Shown: positions 29,885 to 42,436, numbered from the stretch's first letter. The stretch is 64,000 bases of DNA from an uncultured Clostridia bacterium (GCA_948891265.1 CAQUBD010000004.1:4223-68222); one strand, 5' to 3'. Notes: generated from the sequence alone by a model not told the origin. Program-made: numbers and translations.

Positions 29885-31006
29885 TTACATATTTTTATTT
29901 CTATTTTTTCTTAAAAATGGTGGAATATCTAAATCATTTTGTGATGAACTTATTTCTGAATTTGATGGTATTGAATTGATTTTTTTCTCCCATGTTTTTG
30001 ATACTATGTTATCTACACCTATACTTGATATATTATTTTCTGGTTTTTCAAATCCTGTTGCTATAACTGTTATTTGAATTTCATCTTGCATTGTAGGGTC
30101 TGTAACTGTACCAAATATAATATTAGCTTCTGGGTCTACACTTCTTTGTACTAGTTCTGCAGCTGTATTTACTTCATGTAATCCTAAATCTTCTCCACCT
30201 GTAATATTTATAATTACTCCTCTTGCTCCTTCAATTGATGTTTCTAATAATGGACTTTGTATAGCTTCTTTTGCTGCGTCTTCTGCTCTATTTTCTCCTG
30301 ATGCTCTACCTACACCCATATGTGCCATTCCTGTGTTTAGCATTATTGTTTTAACATCTGCAAAATCTAAATTTACTAATCCTGGTACTGCAATTAAGTC
30401 TGATATACCTTGTACACCTTGTCTTAATACATCATCTGCCATTTTAAATGCTTCTATTATAGATGTTTTTCTATCTATTATTTGTAATAATTTATCATTT
30501 GGTATTACAACTAATGTATCTACTTTTCCTTTTAGACTTTCAATTCCTCTTTCTGCTTGTGAAAGTCTTTTCTTTCCTTCAAATGTAAACGGTTTTGTAA
30601 CAACACCTATTGTTAATATTCCCATTTCTTTTGCTATTGATGCAACTATTGGTGCAGCTCCAGTACCTGTTCCTCCACCCATTCCGGCAGTAACAAATAC
30701 CATATCTGCTCCTCTTAATATTTCTGCAACTTCTGCTTTACTTTCTTCTGCTGATTGTGCTCCTATATCAGGGTTTGCTCCAGCTCCTAATCCTCTTGTT
30801 ATTTTTTCCCCTATTTGAATTTTAGTACTTGCTTTTGATTGTTGTAATGCTTGTCTATCTGTATTTACTGATATAAAATCTACACCTTTTATTCCAGATT
30901 CAATCATTCTATTTACAGCATTATTTCCTGCTCCTCCAACACCAATTACTTTTATTGTTGCTGTTCCATCCATCATTGTTATATTGTTATCTTCATATTC
31001 CATCAT
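29885..31006 (-). CDS. ftsZ: cell division protein FtsZ
   Basis: [10 protein letters not shown] tubulin signature, ..[17 protein letters not shown].. Confidence 0.98.
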   Translation of the reverse strand: MMEYEDNNITMMDGTATIKVIGVGGAGNNAVNRMIESGIKGVDFISVNTDRQALQQSKASTKIQIGEKITRGLGAGANPDIGAQSAEESKAEVAEILRGADMVFVTAGMGGGTGTGAAPIVASIAKEMGILTIGVVTKPFTFEGKKRLSQAERGIESLKGKVDTLVVIPNDKLLQIIDRKTSIIEAFKMADDVLRQGVQGISDLIAVPGLVNLDFADVKTIMLNTGMAHMGVGRASGENRAEDAAKEAIQSPLLETSIEGARGVIINITGGEDLGLHEVNTAAELVQRSVDPEANIIFGTVTDPTMQDEIQITVIATGFEKPENNISSIGVDNIVSKTWEKKINSIPSNSEISSSQNDLDIPPFLRKNRNKNM

Positions 31007-31145
31007 TTTGTTTTATCCTCCCTTATTAATTTAGCTATTATTGTATTTTAGCTACTTTTATTTATATATTTTGTATAAAATTAAAAACTTTTTTATGAAT
31101 GTTGAAAAACTATATTTGCTTATATCTCAAATTTCCAACTTATTA

Positions 31146-32375
31146 CTAACTATAGAAAAATTCTTTTATTCTCTCTACAATATTCTTTAATATATTTTCA
31201 TTCGTTTTTGTATCTATACTACTTGATACTGTTTTTGTAAATGGTCTTGATGCTATATATCTAACCAAAGCATAGCTCGTCCTATATGCTGGTCTTGTTA
31301 CTCCTATTAGTCTTCCTGTAGATATTTTTACAGGTATATTTAAGTTTATTTTTCCTGCTACATCGCTTTTACTTATATTTATTATTCCTTGCCCTGTTAA
31401 AATAACATTATTTATTCTAGATTTAATTCCTTGATTGCTTAAGTCTTTATTTATTATTAAGAACATTTCTTCTATTCTTGCTTCTATTATTTCTATTAAT
31501 TCAGAACTTTTTATTATTTTATTTTTATTATTATCTTTACATGTGTTTAATATAATATCATTGTCATTATCTATGAATGATTTTAATGCTAGTCCATACT
31601 GTCTTTTTAATTTATCAGCTTCTTCCTGTGCAATATTTAATACCAATGCAATATCATTTGTTATATTTTCTCCTCCTAATGGTATTGAATTAGTATAAAT
31701 ATATGTTGAACCTTCAAATACTCCTATGTCAGTGTTTTCTGCTCCTACATCTATAATTGCTATATTATCATGCAATTCGTTTTTATCAAGTATTAAATTT
31801 CTTTCTGCCAAGGTTATAGGAACAATTCCGTCTACTTCTAAACCTGCCTTTTTGAATATGCTATTTATTTGCCTTACATAGTCTTTGTCTGCTAAAATTA
31901 TTTGTGCACTTATTGTAAAACTAGAACTTAAACTTCCTATAGGGTCTGTAACTACAGTTCCATTGTCCAATACTATTTTATCTGGAACTATATCTATTAG
32001 AGTTTTTCCCTCTGGTATTTCTATATCTTTTACTTGCATAATGGCATTTTGTACATCTCTCATTGAAATTCCAGAATATTTGTCTCTAGCTTCTTTAGTT
32101 ACGCTGTTTTGTACTATTGTAACATATTTCCCTGGAATTGTTACATATGCTGAATTTATTTTTAAGTTAGTCTCATCCTCTGCATCTTTTATGGTCTTCG
32201 CCAGACTTAGACTTATTTCTTCTTCGTTTATTATTTTTCCTTTTTTTAATCCACTACATTTATATGATGTATTACATATAGTCTCTATCTGCTCAAAATT
32301 ATTAACTTCTCCTACAACTGTTGCTACTTTTGTTGTTCCTATATCTACACCAACTATTATATCACCTATTGCCAA
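31146..32375 (-). CDS. ftsA: cell division protein FtsA
   Basis: ..IVGVDIGTTKV.. actin-fold ATPase; upstream of ftsZ; TTG start. Confidence 0.9.
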   Translation of the reverse strand: MAIGDIIVGVDIGTTKVATVVGEVNNFEQIETICNTSYKCSGLKKGKIINEEEISLSLAKTIKDAEDETNLKINSAYVTIPGKYVTIVQNSVTKEARDKYSGISMRDVQNAIMQVKDIEIPEGKTLIDIVPDKIVLDNGTVVTDPIGSLSSSFTISAQIILADKDYVRQINSIFKKAGLEVDGIVPITLAERNLILDKNELHDNIAIIDVGAENTDIGVFEGSTYIYTNSIPLGGENITNDIALVLNIAQEEADKLKRQYGLALKSFIDNDNDIILNTCKDNNKNKIIKSSELIEIIEARIEEMFLIINKDLSNQGIKSRINNVILTGQGIINISKSDVAGKINLNIPVKISTGRLIGVTRPAYRTSYALVRYIASRPFTKTVSSSIDTKTNENILKNIVERIKEFFYS

Positions 32376-32513
32376 GTTAATTCCCCCATCTCTATGTTAA
32401 TAAATTTCTAGTTGTATTTATATTACATTTTTTTTAAATTGTCAATAGGATTTGTTATATTTTCGTAATATTTTTGTAACAATTTTGTAATAATGTTTTA
32501 AAACCCTTATTAA

Positions 32514-32900
32514 TCAACTTTCTTTACTTTTATTCTTATTACTTTTTATTTTTTCAGTCCATTTTTCGACATAATACCTTCTTATTATTCCTAAATTCAT
32601 AAACATTCTTCCAACAAATACTACTATCGCTGCCAAATAAATATCAACATTCAATTTTTCTCCTAATAGCGTTAATAAAATTGCTAATATTGCATTACCA
32701 AAAAAGCCTGATATAAAAGTTTTCATATCAAATTTTTTATTTATTACAGAAGCTATCCCTCCAAAAACTGTATCTAATGCTGCAATTATTGCAATAGCTA
32801 AATAACTTGAATATGTATATGATATCATTGGTGCATTTAATCCTACAATTGTCCCTAATATACATGCTATTATCATAATTAAAATAATCATTTTTCTCAT
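32514..32900 (-). CDS. sbp: small basic protein Sbp (DUF1290)
   Basis: 128-aa four-TM protein with a basic tail, in the conserved ylxW-ylxX-sbp-ftsA position. Confidence 0.7.
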   Translation of the reverse strand: MRKMIILIMIIACILGTIVGLNAPMISYTYSSYLAIAIIAALDTVFGGIASVINKKFDMKTFISGFFGNAILAILLTLLGEKLNVDIYLAAIVVFVGRMFMNLGIIRRYYVEKWTEKIKSNKNKSKES

Positions 32901-32939
32901 TCCTCTTCTTCTATTTTCAATCTTTTCTGTTATAATATT

Positions 32940-33651
32940 TTATTGCATATATTTATAACCTATTTCTTTGTTATATCTAGGTATTGTAATTTTATTTTGT
33001 CTATCTATATTAATGTCAAATCCGATAACTTTTTAACTCTTCGATATATCCTCCATTTCCTAGCAGAGTACTTTCTAAATTTGTAGCATCTCCTATAGCT
33101 CTTATTATATATGGAGGTAATATTCTATTCTGATTTATCCTTATTATTGTATTATTTATATCCACTATATCAGACATATTTATTATTCTATTTTCATTTA
33201 TTGATATTGCTTCTGCTCCTGCAAGTTTTAGGTAGTCTACAATTATTAATAAATCTTCTGATGAAATTGGATTTATATTTTCATTTTTTCTAGTATCATT
33301 ATCTATATCTTTTATTTTAATCTCTATTCCTTGTCCTTGCACATCAGTTTTTCCTAAATACATATTCGTTTTCTCTAATTCTTGCTCAACTATTTTATAT
33401 GATTCTTGTGTTGACTGCTGTTTTTCCTTGTATTCATTAAGTCTTGCCAATTTTTCTTGATATTGTTCTTCAGCTTCTCTATACAATTGTCTCCAATTAG
33501 CAAGTTCTGATTTTAATTCGTCTTCTCTCATAGTTTCTATTGAAGTAATATCTGTTTGATTTACTATTTTAAATTGCATGCTCATAATAGTAGCTAGAGC
33601 AAAACATGATATTGCAATTGTTACTCCAACCGTTATCTTTCCTTTTTTCAC
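32940..33651 (-). CDS. DUF881 (YlxW/YlxX-like) division-cluster protein, 236 aa if the in-frame CGG at 33022-33024 is bypassed by +1
   Basis: The zero frame ends ..ELKSYRI* one codon after TAT-CGG-ATT. Skipping the C gives ..ELKSY-G-FDINIDRQNKITIPRYNKEIGYKYMQ*, which parallels ..IDVKLKKDNNITIPKYSGVLNFKYL.. of the neighbouring paralogue. GTG start. Confidence 0.75.
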
Positions 33652-33729
33652 ACTTTTATCTCCCCTCTATAATTTAAAATGTCAAAGTTATTTTTCAAAT
33701 TTAAATTTTAACAAATATTATATGTATTT

Positions 33730-34455
33730 TTATTTTATTACATTTAAATATTTGAAATTCAATACTCCAGAATATTTAGGTATTGTTATATTATTATCTT
33801 TTTTTAACTTAACATCTATCGTTCTATCTTTTAAAATTCCTAATATTCCATCTGGTCTATCTAAATTTGCTAACGCTTCTGGTGACCCTATTGCTTTTAT
33901 TTCAAATGGTGATCCTATTCTTTCTCCATTTATATTTATAATGTTTCCACCACATATTATAGGAGTTGTTAATATAAGTCTTTGTTCATTTATTGATATT
34001 GCTTCTGCTCCTGCATTTTTTAGTTCATTTACTATTTTTAATATATCTAAATCATGTATTAATAAAAGGCTTGAATTTACTACTGTATTCGGATCTATTG
34101 TACTATCTGCAACACGAATAATAATTCCAGCCCCATTTACTTCTGTTAATCCAATTATTTTATTACCTTCATTTATTTGATTTGTATATTGTTCTAATTC
34201 TGAGTTGTTTTCTGTTGCTTTTTTTATTTGATATTGTAATTCTCCATCAATTCTCTCTGTTTCTTTTAAAAGATTATCATATTTTTCTTTATATTTTAAT
34301 ACTTCTGATCTTAAATTATTTTCTTTATAATTTTTGCTTATTGTCGTACTATATTTTTTTACAGTATTTATTTGGATACATATCCCTGCTGTTAAAGCAA
34401 AACACATGATCCCTAATACTAAACCTATTGTTTTTTTATTTATCATAAAAATCAT
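33730..34455 (-). CDS. DUF881 (YlxW/YlxX-like) division-cluster protein
   Basis: N-terminal TM, coiled coil, DUF881 core (..GAGIIIRV..LLLIHDLDILKIVNELKNAGAEAISIN..). Confidence 0.8.
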   Translation of the reverse strand: MIFMINKKTIGLVLGIMCFALTAGICIQINTVKKYSTTISKNYKENNLRSEVLKYKEKYDNLLKETERIDGELQYQIKKATENNSELEQYTNQINEGNKIIGLTEVNGAGIIIRVADSTIDPNTVVNSSLLLIHDLDILKIVNELKNAGAEAISINEQRLILTTPIICGGNIININGERIGSPFEIKAIGSPEALANLDRPDGILGILKDRTIDVKLKKDNNITIPKYSGVLNFKYLNVIK

Positions 34456-34463
34456 TCCTTTAT

Positions 34464-35456
34464 TTATACTTTTTCTCTAAATATAGCTTTAAATTTATTT
34501 CCATTGTCTTTATCTATATATATTTCTCCTTCTTTTTTCTGATTTTCCTCTAAAACTGTCGGTAAATATAACATTTTATTACTTAAATTACTTTGGTCTC
34601 CTAGATATATTGTTTTTTTCTCTTCTTCCATATATATACTATAATTATTCTTATCACTTATATCTATAATAGATACTTTTTTATCTAGTTCATAATTTCT
34701 ACAAATATTCATTATTTGTATTACTGTTTCTAATTTATTTAAATCTTGTTTATCTAGTCTATTTCCTTCTACTATTTTTTCAGATTCAGTAGAAATTCCT
34801 TTTAATATAGGTAATTCTATCTTTTGCTCTGAAATTTCTAATATATATCCTTGATTATTTATATATGCATATCCATTTAAAAATTCTACATTATAATTTC
34901 TATCTCTTTCTTCTACTATAATTTCTACTTTATTTGGAATTTTCCTTTTTACCTCCACACTCTCTATATATGGATTTGTTTTTAATTGTTTTTTTATTTT
35001 ATTATTATTAAATCTAAATATATTTTGTCCTATTTGTAATTGTGATAAACTTATTATTGTATCTTCTGATATTTTTTTATTATTTGCTACTTTTATGTCT
35101 TTTATATTAAATATTGGTGAAACTAACGCAAAAATAATTCCTCCTATTATTAATAAAAGCAATGTTGTTAGTTTGATAATTTTATTTATTTTTTTCTTTC
35201 TTTTTAACATTTGGGCTTGCTTTTTACTTATTTTTTCTTGTATTTCTTTTTTCTTTTTTTGATTATTTTTATTTGTCATTCCTATAACTGTTTCTGTATC
35301 AAAGTCAAATTTATCGTTTTGTTCTACTTTTCTTTGTTTTATTCTTTTCTCTCTTTCTTTTATTTTTTGTTTTTTTTCTTTATCATTATTCATTTTGTTA
35401 GAAAAATTATATAAATTATCAATTTCATTTTTTTGCTGTTTAGTCAAATTTTTCAC
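34464..35456 (-). CDS. divIB: cell division protein DivIB/FtsQ with a Lys-rich N-terminal extension
   Basis: Single TM followed by POTRA-like ..IKDIKVANNKKISEDTIISLSQLQIGQNIF..; position upstream of ftsA. Confidence 0.8.
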   Translation of the reverse strand: MKNLTKQQKNEIDNLYNFSNKMNNDKEKKQKIKEREKRIKQRKVEQNDKFDFDTETVIGMTNKNNQKKKKEIQEKISKKQAQMLKRKKKINKIIKLTTLLLLIIGGIIFALVSPIFNIKDIKVANNKKISEDTIISLSQLQIGQNIFRFNNNKIKKQLKTNPYIESVEVKRKIPNKVEIIVEERDRNYNVEFLNGYAYINNQGYILEISEQKIELPILKGISTESEKIVEGNRLDKQDLNKLETVIQIMNICRNYELDKKVSIIDISDKNNYSIYMEEEKKTIYLGDQSNLSNKMLYLPTVLEENQKKEGEIYIDKDNGNKFKAIFREKV

Positions 35457-35596
35457 CTCCAGATTTTCTATTATTCATTTTATCAAAAAAAAATCAATTT
35501 TACAACATAAAATTGATTTTTTAAAGTTTAATTTCTATTCATGCTTTATGTATTTTCTATTATTAGTACTTCTTCTATAATGTTCTAAATTTATAA

Positions 35597-36424
35597 ATTT
35601 TAAAACTATCTAAAATAACACAACTCTAAAACTGTATGTAATATCTATCTAGCAAATCTCTTGTTTTACTACTATCTAAAATAACGCAACTATAAAACTG
35701 ATTAGCACTTGCTTTTATAAAAATACTAGTTTTATTACTATCTAAAATAACACAATTCTAAAACATTGATAATACTACTAAACCAATTGGAATTGTTTTA
35801 CTACTATCTAAAATGACACAATTCTAAAACCTTAATATTTTTTTGATATTTGATATATTAGTTTTACTACTATCTAAAATAACACAATTCTAAAACAGTG
35901 GCGGAAGCAATGGGGATATTTATATAGTTTTACTACTATCTAAAATAACACAATTCTAAAACTTTGGATTTAATTTTCTAAATGCAAGTATTGTTTTACT
36001 ACTATCTAAAATAACACAATTCTAAAACATACAGCAATTGCTAATTGGGAATCTGGATGTTTTACTACTATCTAAAATAACACAATTCTAAAACAACATT
36101 CAAGCGTTTAACACAAGAAATATAGTTTTACTACTATCTAAAATAACACAATTCTAAAACTAACCGTATTTGATACCACTTTCTAATGTTGTTTTACTAC
36201 TATCTAAAATAACACAATTCTAAAACGGTTCGATAATAAACTCATCAAAAATAATAGTTTTACTACTATCTAAAATAACACAATTCTAAAACTATTTTCT
36301 TTCCTTTCTATCTATTATTTTGGTTTTACTACTATCTAAAATAACACAATTCTAAAACACTACATTAAATTCAAATATTTTATTCTTTGTTTTACTACTA
36401 TCTAAAATAACACAATTCTAAAAC
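35597..36424 (-). CRISPR. type II-A CRISPR array: 13 repeats of 36 nt, 12 spacers of 30 nt; transcribed on the minus strand from the csn2-proximal leader
   Basis: Repeat (minus strand) GTTTTAGAATTGTGTTATTTTAGATAGTAGTAAAAC. All 12 spacers counted as exactly 30 nt. The four repeats furthest from csn2 (35597, 35663, 35729, 35795) carry 1-4 mismatches, marking the old end. Confidence 0.97.
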
Positions 36425-36485
36425 CTCAAATTTGCTTTAGATTTTTTCGGTCAATGACTCCGTCATGTTACTTTAGACTTACACT

Positions 36486-37166
36486 TTAAATTATTTCATC
36501 ATTAAACATCTCATCTACGCTAAAAACACACTCATATTTTAGTTTACTTGTGCACTCTCTTTCAATAACCAACAATTTTACATTATTATACAATGAATAT
36601 TTATATAATTCAACCAATTCTTCATCTGACAAATACATTTTCAAATTTGGCACAACTAAAATCTGTGAAATACTCAATACAGACAGTAAATCTATTAATA
36701 TTTCTATCCTTTCTAAAATATTTGTATAATTCGACTTATCAATCCTTAAATCAAACAATTTCAACACTTCTGGTATACTAATATCACTTTTCATAACAAA
36801 CTCAAAAGGCAACTCATTTATCTCTTGTATTAAATAATTTCTTAATTTAAAAACCATTTCATATATATCTAGTTCTTGTGTATTCTTAATACTTCTATTT
36901 ATTAATTCATATATTTTATTTAATATCTTTTTATTATTATAATCTATATTAAATAAATCAAATACTAAATACATTTCTTTTTCTATTTTCAATTCATCTT
37001 CATTTTCATCTAATAAAAATATCTCATTATTTTCAATTCCGTTAATTTCTTGGTTTAATATATCTATAATATGTGTAAAACATTTTGCGTCTTTAATTTC
37101 TAATACATTAATATTTTTATCACCAAAAATAATTTCATTTTCAAATCCATTTATTCTTAATTTCAT
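36486..37166 (-). CDS. csn2: CRISPR-associated protein Csn2 (short type)
   Basis: 226 aa, position after cas2 and before the array; MKLRINGFENEIIF.. typical Csn2 start. Confidence 0.85.
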   Translation of the reverse strand: MKLRINGFENEIIFGDKNINVLEIKDAKCFTHIIDILNQEINGIENNEIFLLDENEDELKIEKEMYLVFDLFNIDYNNKKILNKIYELINRSIKNTQELDIYEMVFKLRNYLIQEINELPFEFVMKSDISIPEVLKLFDLRIDKSNYTNILERIEILIDLLSVLSISQILVVPNLKMYLSDEELVELYKYSLYNNVKLLVIERECTSKLKYECVFSVDEMFNDEII

Positions 37167-37483
37167 AGTACAATCAACCTTTCAGTGTTATCTAAAACAT
37201 CTTGTGTTTTATCTCCTACAACATATTCTATACCACTATATTGTTTTTCTGTTATTACAAGCATCTGAACAATTCCTTTTGGTGGTTTGTTTTTGTATAT
37301 CTTTTCTCTTATTGATTTTACTATTGAATTATTAAGTGCTAATTTTGAATATACAGATTCTTGTAACATTATGAACCCTTCATTTATTAAGTCTTTTCTA
37401 AATCTTGCATATATCTTTCTATCTTTATTTGTTTGTGTTGGTAAATCAAAAAATACTATAACTCTCATATATCTAAAACTCAT
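37163..37483 (-). CDS. cas2: CRISPR-associated endoribonuclease Cas2
   Basis: MSFRYMRVIVFFDLP.. ferredoxin-fold Cas2 start; overlaps cas1 and csn2. Confidence 0.9.
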   Translation of the reverse strand: MSFRYMRVIVFFDLPTQTNKDRKIYARFRKDLINEGFIMLQESVYSKLALNNSIVKSIREKIYKNKPPKGIVQMLVITEKQYSGIEYVVGDKTQDVLDNTERLIVL

Positions 37484-38339
37484 AATTTAATATTTTACTT
37501 TCTTCATTATTTTCTAAAAATTTGAATACGCTAGCCATAAATATAGGGACTGCATTTGATATATATTGTTCTTTATTTTCAATATTAACTATTTTATTAC
37601 ATACATCTATTAATTTATATTTATATGATTTATCAAATGCAAATTCTCTATTTTTATATACTATTTCATCAACCAATGGTCTAAAAATTTCCATCAAATC
37701 ACACGATAAATTAAATTGATTAAACTCACTTTTGTGATTTATTCCTAATGGTGTTATATATCCTTTACTTACTACTTCTCTGTTCATTACTGATAACAAT
37801 ATTGAGTAACCATAATCTAATGCTATATTAGTATTGTCATCTACTCCTCTAATAAAATCTTGTCCAAATAATAAGTTGAAATATACTTTTGCTGCATGAC
37901 CTTCTCTATTAGTTTTGTCTCCATTTTCTACTTGTTCTTCATATCCTAATAATTTTTCATATCCTTCTATTTCTAGTTTTTTTAATAACATTGCTTGATT
38001 ATGTATTTTGTATTTTACTATTTCTTTCCATACTCTGTCCTTTTTGTCTTGTTCCCATTTTATTTGATTTAATATTTTTTTACTTGTGTTAAACGAACCA
38101 TAATAGGGCATTATTTCGCAGGATGGATTATGTTTTTCATCACAAAATATTATTTTTATTTTCTTATTTGCTAATTCATTTATTAAATATGATGTTATTG
38201 ATATCATACAATTTTCTACTATCACCATATTTATTTCTGATAAATGTATCATTTTCAATTCTTCACTTCTAATTATTAAGTAGTCATTTTTATAACTTAA
38301 TTTACAATTTTTGCTAACTATTACAGTTCTCCATCCCAT
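37473..38339 (-). CDS. cas1: CRISPR-associated endonuclease Cas1 (type II)
   Basis: 288 aa, ..NALDYGYSILLS.., ..GINHKSEFNQFNLSCDLMEIFRP.. Confidence 0.92.
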   Translation of the reverse strand: MGWRTVIVSKNCKLSYKNDYLIIRSEELKMIHLSEINMVIVENCMISITSYLINELANKKIKIIFCDEKHNPSCEIMPYYGSFNTSKKILNQIKWEQDKKDRVWKEIVKYKIHNQAMLLKKLEIEGYEKLLGYEEQVENGDKTNREGHAAKVYFNLLFGQDFIRGVDDNTNIALDYGYSILLSVMNREVVSKGYITPLGINHKSEFNQFNLSCDLMEIFRPLVDEIVYKNREFAFDKSYKYKLIDVCNKIVNIENKEQYISNAVPIFMASVFKFLENNEESKILNYEF

Positions 38340-41300
38340 TTATTTTACCCTTTCTTTCGTACATTCCTGTTACTGATTTATCTATAAATGTCATTTTCAA
38401 TAATTTATCTGTTTTAAAGCTTTGTCCTGATTTTCTTCCTTCTCTATCAGTTAATCCCATTGCTTTTAAATTTCCTTGTCCTGTTGCCATTAAATCTATC
38501 ATCCCATTTATTGTAGACTTTTTATCCTTTTCTTCTAATTTTTTGAACTTGTTTATATTTTCTTTTAGTTTAATATATATACTATTAAATATTTTGTATT
38601 CTTTTTGAATCTTTTCTAATAGATATTCATACATATATACATATTCTGATTGCAATTTTTCTTTTTGTTCATCTGTTATTTTTTTGTCTTCTGAATTCAT
38701 TATATATACTAATTCTTGTATTTTAGGAGATACTATTAATTCTTTTGATGCTCTTATTTCTTTATCACTACATAATCTCATATTTTCATTGTTTTCGTCT
38801 AAATATTCTTGATTAATAAGTATTTTATTTCTAACTATTTTAAATTCACTGTATTCTTTGTCTTTTAAGCTTGTCTCTTTTATATATGTTTCTAAGTCTG
38901 TCTTTTTATTTTTTATATCATATGAAATTTTAATTGGTATTCCTATTAATTCATACTCTTTTTGTCCCTTTTTATTTATATATTCGTAAATAGCTAAGTA
39001 AGCTTTCTTTTCTCCTGAATATCCTCCATATTTCTCTACTTTTCTATTGTTTTTTAATGCTATGAGTTTACTTTTATTGCTATTAGGGCTGTATATTGTT
39101 TGTTCATAAAATTGTCCTGTTTGTTCTTCTAGCATTCTACTAATAAAACAATCTTTATAATTTATACACTTTTTTACTTGTTCTATATTAACACGATTTT
39201 TAATAAATCCCATTATCATTCCATGTTTTTCCTTTGGATCTCTATTGTCTTTCATGTATTTTTTTACATATTCTCCATATTTGAATTCTGCTTTATCTCC
39301 ATGCCATTCATTATTTAGAATATTTCCTATAACAGATATGATGTATGCATCTTGTGCATGATGATAATTGTTTATATTTCTGTTTTTATATATTTTATAT
39401 TTATCTCTAAAGTCATGTGTTAATTCTGCTCTTAAAGAATATATGTCTGTATCTTTATATTCATTTTTCAATAAATTTGTAACATATTTTGTTATTTGCC
39501 TTGTTTCTACTAGTTGTCTTTTTACAAATTTTTCTCTGTCATCATCTGTTTCAAACATTTTTCTTCTTATTAATTTATAATATTTGCTTTGTGTCATCAT
39601 GTCATTATGTAATAAGCTTTTCCACCATTCCATTTGTTTATTAATGATGTCATCTTTTAATAATAAACTATCAGTTTTTCTTTGATTTTCTTCTCTTAAA
39701 ACAAGTGCTTTATTATCTAAACTATCATCTTTTATATATGATCTTGGAATTATATGATCAACTTCATATAAACTTAAATTTTCTATATCTAATTTTTTTC
39801 CACTATATAGACATTTTCCATTTTGCAAGCAATATAAATACATTTTTTCAGTTAATGTTTTATCATTTTGATGTTTCTTCAACTCTTTATATACATTTTT
39901 ATCATAATTTTTTAAATCTTTAATTTGATTTTCTATTTCGTCATATTTTAATAATAATTGTTTTATTCTTTTATCAGTTATCTTTTTCTCATAATCTTCT
40001 GCTCTTGCAAATTCTATATATATGTTTTGGGGTTGTTTTTTCATTATTTTTTCTATTTCTCTTACAATGCAAATAGATTGCCAAATTGCTCTTTTATTTG
40101 CTGGTGATGTTGGTATTTCTTCTATATCTTTATATTGAATTTTTTCTGATGTTTTTGGCATTAAGTCTTCTAGTTTTTTATCAAATCCAAAACTTTTCTC
40201 ATTTATTATTTGCATGAAATTAAAATTTGTTTTTTCAAGTTTGTCCATGATGGTATCTCCATCATTCGCTTTTAAACCTGCTATTAGCTTTTTAGATAGT
40301 CTTGACCATCCTGTGTATTTAAGTTTGCATATTTTGTTTATTTGTTCATCTGTTAGCTCTTTATATTTTTGTTTTAGTTTTCTTTTTAAGATTTTCTTTT
40401 CTTCAAATATTGTTACCCAATATATTATTTCTTCACATTGTTCTATATTGCTTTCATCAACTTTTCCTAAGATATTTTTCATATCTATGTATGATGCCAT
40501 ATTTGAATTAAAATTTGTTTGGTCTGTTAGTCCTGTTATTGTTTTTATTTCATACCCATTCAATTTGTAATAGTTTCTTAGTGTTTTTTCTGTTACTTTT
40601 TTAGTGTTTTTGAATATTTTTTCTACAATATCTTTTTTCTCGTTTTTTCCTAATCTGTGATTATCTATTTTTATATTATTTAGTTCATTTAAAACACAAT
40701 ATTTTGAATATAATATTGATTGTTTTGGCATTACATCTTCATTTATTAAGTATGTACATTTATTAGTCATTCTTCTTATAAATTGTTCTGCTGTTGCATC
40801 TATATCTATAATATTTTCAAAATTCCATGGTCTTATTTTTTCTTCACTTTTTCTTATAACCCATGAATATTTTTTATCTTTATTATTTGCTAGTGGTCCT
40901 ACATAATAAGGTATTCTAAATTCGAATAGTCTTAGGATTTTGTCTTTATTTTCTTGTAATGTTTTATAATATTTTGATTGATTTTCTACTATTTTTTCTA
41001 ATTCTTTTTTATGTAATTGGTTTGGTATAGCTCCATTGTCAGTTACATTTATTTTTGATAAGAAATTGTGTTCTTCAATTTGTCTTAATATTATATCTTT
41101 ATATTCACATTGATCTGGTAGAGTATTAATTTTCTTTTTTAATTGATCAAAGAATTCTTTTGGCTCGCATTTTTTATATTTTTTCCCTGAACTTTTTCCA
41201 TTATATGCAACATAATTGCATTTTCCTTCTTTTCGGAACATTTCTGTATATTCATCTTTGAAATATTTTTTATATACTTTTTTAAGAATTTCTAAATCAT

Positions 41301-42250
41301 TTTGGTATTTTTCATATTTATCAATCATTGCTTCTGATATATATGTTTTTCCTTTTAATATGTCTTGCAATATGAACCAACTATACAAGCTACTTATACA
41401 ATCATATATATTTGCATCTTCTTGTAGTTCTATTTTTATTTCTTCTTCATTTTCTATTTCTGTTGCAAAACTTATTTTTGATTTTTCAATATTTGTTCCA
41501 AATATTTTATTTATGTCTGTTGAGTATCCTAAAATTCCATTAACAACATTTGTTATTATTGTTCTATCTATTTTGTCAAAGTCAAATAATGATATAATAT
41601 TGTCTTTTTTATTTGCTCTAGAAGTATTTTTTTGTTTTAAAATATTTAATATTTCTTCTTTATTTGTTTTTAAAGTAATCTCATATCTATCTTCTAAAAA
41701 TTCAACTATTTCTTCTAGTTTTTCAGTTATTTCGTTAGAATTTTCTGAAAAATCTCCTTCATATAAGAAATTACCCCTATATTTTATTATATGGTGCATT
41801 GCTAAATAGACTAATCTTATATCAACTTTTTCAGTTGTATTAATTAGATATTTTCTTAAATGGTATATTGTTTTAAATTTTTGATAATAGTCTATATCTG
41901 TTTCTTTTTCATCAGAAAATAAATTGTGTTTTTTTCCTAAAATTTGTTTTGAAATATTTTTGTCTTCATAGTCTAATGATGTTTCTCTTAGCATAGGAAA
42001 GAAGTTTGGATATTGTTTTTCTACATCTTCTATTATTAGACTTTTTAACATGTTTATTCTTTCTCTTCTTCTGTCTATCCTTCTTCTGGTTCCTCTAAAT
42101 ATTCTCCTTTTTTCTGCTGTTTCTGCTTCTTTGAATATTCTTGATCCCCACATGTTTCTTTTGCCTTTTTTTAATATTTCATTATTGTTATTTGTTACAC
42201 ACCATCCTACTGATGCTGTTCCTATGTCTAATCCGAATATTGTATTCCAT
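38314..42250 (-). CDS. cas9: Cas9, ~1311 aa if the in-frame CGG at codon 6 (42233-42235) is bypassed by +1
   Basis: The track ORF (1279 aa) lacks RuvC-I. The ATG at 42250 reads MEYNI, then ATT-CGG-ATT. Skipping the C gives MEYNI-G-LDIGTASVGWCVTNNNNEILKKGKRNMWGSRIF.., joining the long ORF. HNH motif YEVDHIIPRS..DNKALV present. Confidence 0.9.
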
Positions 42251-42309
42251 ATTTTTTAAATTTTTTTGATTTTTCACTTGACTTCTTTTCCTTTCTATGT
42301 TATTTTTAA

Positions 42310-42436
42310 ATTGCTATTATATTACTATCTAAAATAGCACAATGAGTTAAAATAAGGTTTAACCTTAAATGCCAAGAAATTGGTTTTCACTTAGGTGATT
42401 TAAAGTTCTACTTGTAGAGCTTTTTTTATTTTTTTT
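42310..42436 (+). ncRNA. tracrRNA, divergent from cas9
   Basis: Anti-repeat TTACTATCTAAAATAGCACAAT matches the plus-strand repeat. It is followed by GAGTTAAAATAAGG (nexus-like), hairpins and the terminator GTTCTAC-TT-GTAGAGC plus T-run. Candidate promoter TTGACT (42278-42283), 17 nt spacer, TATTTT. Ends approximate. Confidence 0.8.

Noticed and set aside
35597-36424. CRISPR array transcribed on the plus strand
   Set aside because: The cas operon and leader are on the minus-strand side. The minus-strand repeat starts GTTTTAGA, as in type II-A systems. Degenerate repeats are at the 35.6 kb end, and the tracrRNA anti-repeat pairs with the minus-strand transcript.
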